DNA from: Torpedo marmorata
Taxonomy: Eukaryota
Direction: 5' to 3'
DNA length: 64,000 nucleotides
Assembly: GCA_977017645.1 (NCBI GenBank)
Contig: OZ360243.1
Location: 4,526,001 to 4,590,000 of the forward strand
Shown here: positions 61,071 to 64,000 of the stretch, in pieces
Position numbering within the stretch: the stretch's first letter is position 1
Layout of the letters: every line of letters begins with the position of its first letter
The notes under the pieces: generated by a model
The model's database searches: none
Told to the model about the DNA's origin: nothing
The model's input: the letters and a program-made list of their open reading frames with translations, nothing else
Program-made: the position numbers and the translations under genes

Positions 61071-64000
61071 GATGATGGTGTCCATCATCATTGGCTCCAC
61101 TGATGGCTGATGGTGTCCATCATCATTACCCTCTGATGGATGATGGTGTCCATCATCATTGGCTCCACTGATGGCTGATGATGTCCATCATCATTACCCA
61201 CACTGATGATTGATGGTGTCGATCATCATCACCCACAGATGGATGTTGGTGTCCATCATCATACCCACTGATGGTTGATGGTGTCCATCATCATTACCCA
61301 CTGATGGATGATGGTGTCCATCATCATTACCCACTGATGATTGATGGTGTCCATCATCATTACTCACTGATGGATGATGGTGTCCATCATCATTACCCAC
61401 TGATGGATGATGGTGTCCATCATCATTACCCACTGATGGATGTTGGTGTCCGTCATCATTACCCTCTGATGGATGATGGTGTCCATCATCATTACTCACT
61501 GATGGATGATGGTGTCCATCATCATTACCCACTGATGGATGATGGTGTCCATCATCATTACCCACTGATGGATGTTGGTGTCCATCATCATTACCCACTG
61601 ATGGATGATGGTGTCCATCATCATTACCCACTGATGGATGATGGTGTCCATCATCATTACCCACTGATGGATGTTGGTGTCCGTCATCATTACCCTCTGA
61701 TGGATGATGGTGTCCATCATCATTACTCACTGATGGATGATGGTGTCCATCATCATTACCCACTGATGGATGATGGTGTCCATCATCATTACCCACTGAT
61801 GGATGTTGGTGTCCATCATCATTACCCACTGATGGATGATGGTGTCCATCATCATTACCCTCTGATGGATGATGGTGTCCATCATCATTACCCACTGATG
61901 GATGATGGTGTCCATCATCATTACCCACTGATGGATGATGGTGTCCATCATCATTACCCACTGATGGATGTTGGTGTCCATCATCATTACCCACTGATGG
62001 TTGATGGTGTCCATCATCATTACCCTCTGATGGTTGATGGTGTCCATCATCATTACCCTCTGATGGTTGATGGTGTCCATCATCATTACCCTCTGATGGT
62101 TGATGGTGTCCATCATCATACCCACTGATGGATGATGGTGTCCATCATCATTACCCACTGATGGATGATGATGTCCATCATCATTACCCACTGATGGTTG
62201 ATGGTGTCCATCATCATTACCCTCTGATGGTTGATGGTGTCCATCATCATTACCCTCTGATGGTTGATGGTGTCCATCATCATTACCCTCTGATGGTTGA
62301 TGGTGTCCATCATCATTACCCTCTGATGGTTGATGGTGTCCATCATCATTACCCACTGATGGATGATGATGTCCATCATCATTACCCACTGATGGTTGAT
62401 GATGTCCATCATCATTACCCTCTGATGGTTAATGGTGTCCATCATCATTACCCTCTGATGGTTGATGGTGTCCATCATCATTACCCTCTGATGGTTGATG
62501 GTGTCCATCATCATTACCCTCTGATGGTTGATGGTGTCCATCATCATTACCCACTGATGGATGATGGTGTCCATCATCATACCCACTGATGGATGATGGT
62601 GTCCATCATCATTACCCACTGATGGATGATGGTGTCCATCATCATTACCCTCTGATGGATGATGGTGTCCATCATCATTACCCACTGATGGATGATGGTG
62701 TCCATCATCATTACCCACTGATGGATGTTGGTGTCCATCATCATTACCCACTGATGGATGATGGTGTCCATCATCATACCAACTGATGGATGATGGTGTC
62801 CATCATCATACCCACTGATGGATGATGATGTCCATCATCATTACCCACTGATGGTTGATGGTGTCCATCATCATTACCCACTGATGGATGATGGTGTCCA
62901 TCATCATACCCACTGATGGATGATGGTGTCCATCATCATACCCACTGATGGATGATGATGTCCATCATCATTACCCACTGATGGTTGATGGTGTCCATCA
63001 TCATTACCCTCTGATGGTTGATGGTGTCCATCATCATTACCCTCTGATGGTTGATGGTGTGCATCATCATTACCCTCTGATGGTTGATGGTGTCCATAAT
63101 CATACCCACTGATGGATGATGGTGTCCATCATCATTACCCACTGATGGATGATGATGTCCATCATCATTACCCACTGATGGTTGATGGTGTCCATCATCA
63201 TTACCCTCTGATGGTTGATGGTGTCCATCATCATTACCCTCTGATGGTTGATGGTGTCCACTATCATTACCCTCTGATGGTTGATGGTGTCCATCATCAT
63301 TACCCTCTGATGGTTGATGGTGTCCATCATCATTACCCACTGATGGATGATGATGTCCATCATCATTACCCACTGATGGTTGATGATGTCCATCATCATT
63401 ACCCTCTGATGGTTGATGGTGTCCATCATCATTACCCTCTGATGGTTGATGGTGTCCATCATCATTACCCTCTGATGGTTGATGGTGTCCATCATCATTA
63501 CCCTCTGATGGTTGATGGTGTCCATCATCATTACCCACAAATGGATGATGGTGTCCATCATCATACCCACTGATGGATGATGGTGTCCATCATCATTACC
63601 CACTGATGGATGATGGTGTCCATCATCATTACCCTCTGATGGATGATGGTGTCCATCATCATTACCCACTGATGGATGATGGTGTCCATCATCATTACCC
63701 ACTGATGGATGTTGGTGTCCATCATCATACCCTCTGATGGATGATGGTGTCCATCATCATTACCCACTGATGGTTGATGGTGTCCATCATCATACCCACT
63801 GATGGATGATGGTGTCCATCATCATACGCACTGATGGATGATAGTGTCCATCATCATTACCCACTGATGGATGATGGTGTCCATCATCATTACCCACTGA
63901 TGGATGATGGTGTCCATCATCATACCCACTGATGGTTGATGGTGTCCATCATCATACCCACTGATGGATGATGGTGTCCATCATCATACCCTCTGATGGA
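61071..64000 (-). repeat. Same 32/33-bp satellite as 43090-47270 in reverse orientation; continues past the window edge
   Basis: Unit ATTACCCACTGATGGATGATGGTGTCCATCATC is the reverse complement of the first array's unit. Confidence 0.98.

Noticed and set aside
43772-63767. Histidine-rich ORFs (GNDDGHHHPSV / MDDGVHHHYPL repeats) inside the histidine-degrading gene, suggestive of a His-sensing attenuator
   Set aside because: They are translations of a CAT/ATG-rich satellite. 32-bp units break the frame constantly, they are intronic without credible splice signals, and eukaryotic transcription is uncoupled from translation. Treated as coincidence.

Overview
This is eukaryotic, repeat-dense vertebrate DNA. 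HE1-like V-SINEs and abundant CR1 LINEs point to a shark or ray (inference). The only host gene is histidine ammonia-lyase (HAL, histidase) on the + strand. Ten internal coding exons (1079-60678, 968 nt) have canonical GT-AG ends and consistent phases, and include the MIO-forming Ala-Ser-Gly at 18101-18109. The gene runs off both window edges. One intron (55433-57251) has U12 (minor spliceosome) signatures. The introns hold two complete but degenerate LTR retrotransposons (Gmr1-like with PR-IN-RT-RH order; CsRn1-like with a -1 slippery site), a young CR1 with an uninterrupted ORF2, many CR1/L1/Tx1/Rex1-like fragments (some nested several deep), V-SINEs and hAT MITEs. They also hold a 2.76-kb non-autonomous hAT carrying exon-like cargo, Penelope-type termini with hammerhead-like motifs, and several minisatellites. 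Two multi-kb arrays of the same hairpin satellite lie in opposite orientations on either side of six HAL exons. I found no clearly new multi-gene system. The best leads are RNA-level or regulatory and are hypotheses to test.
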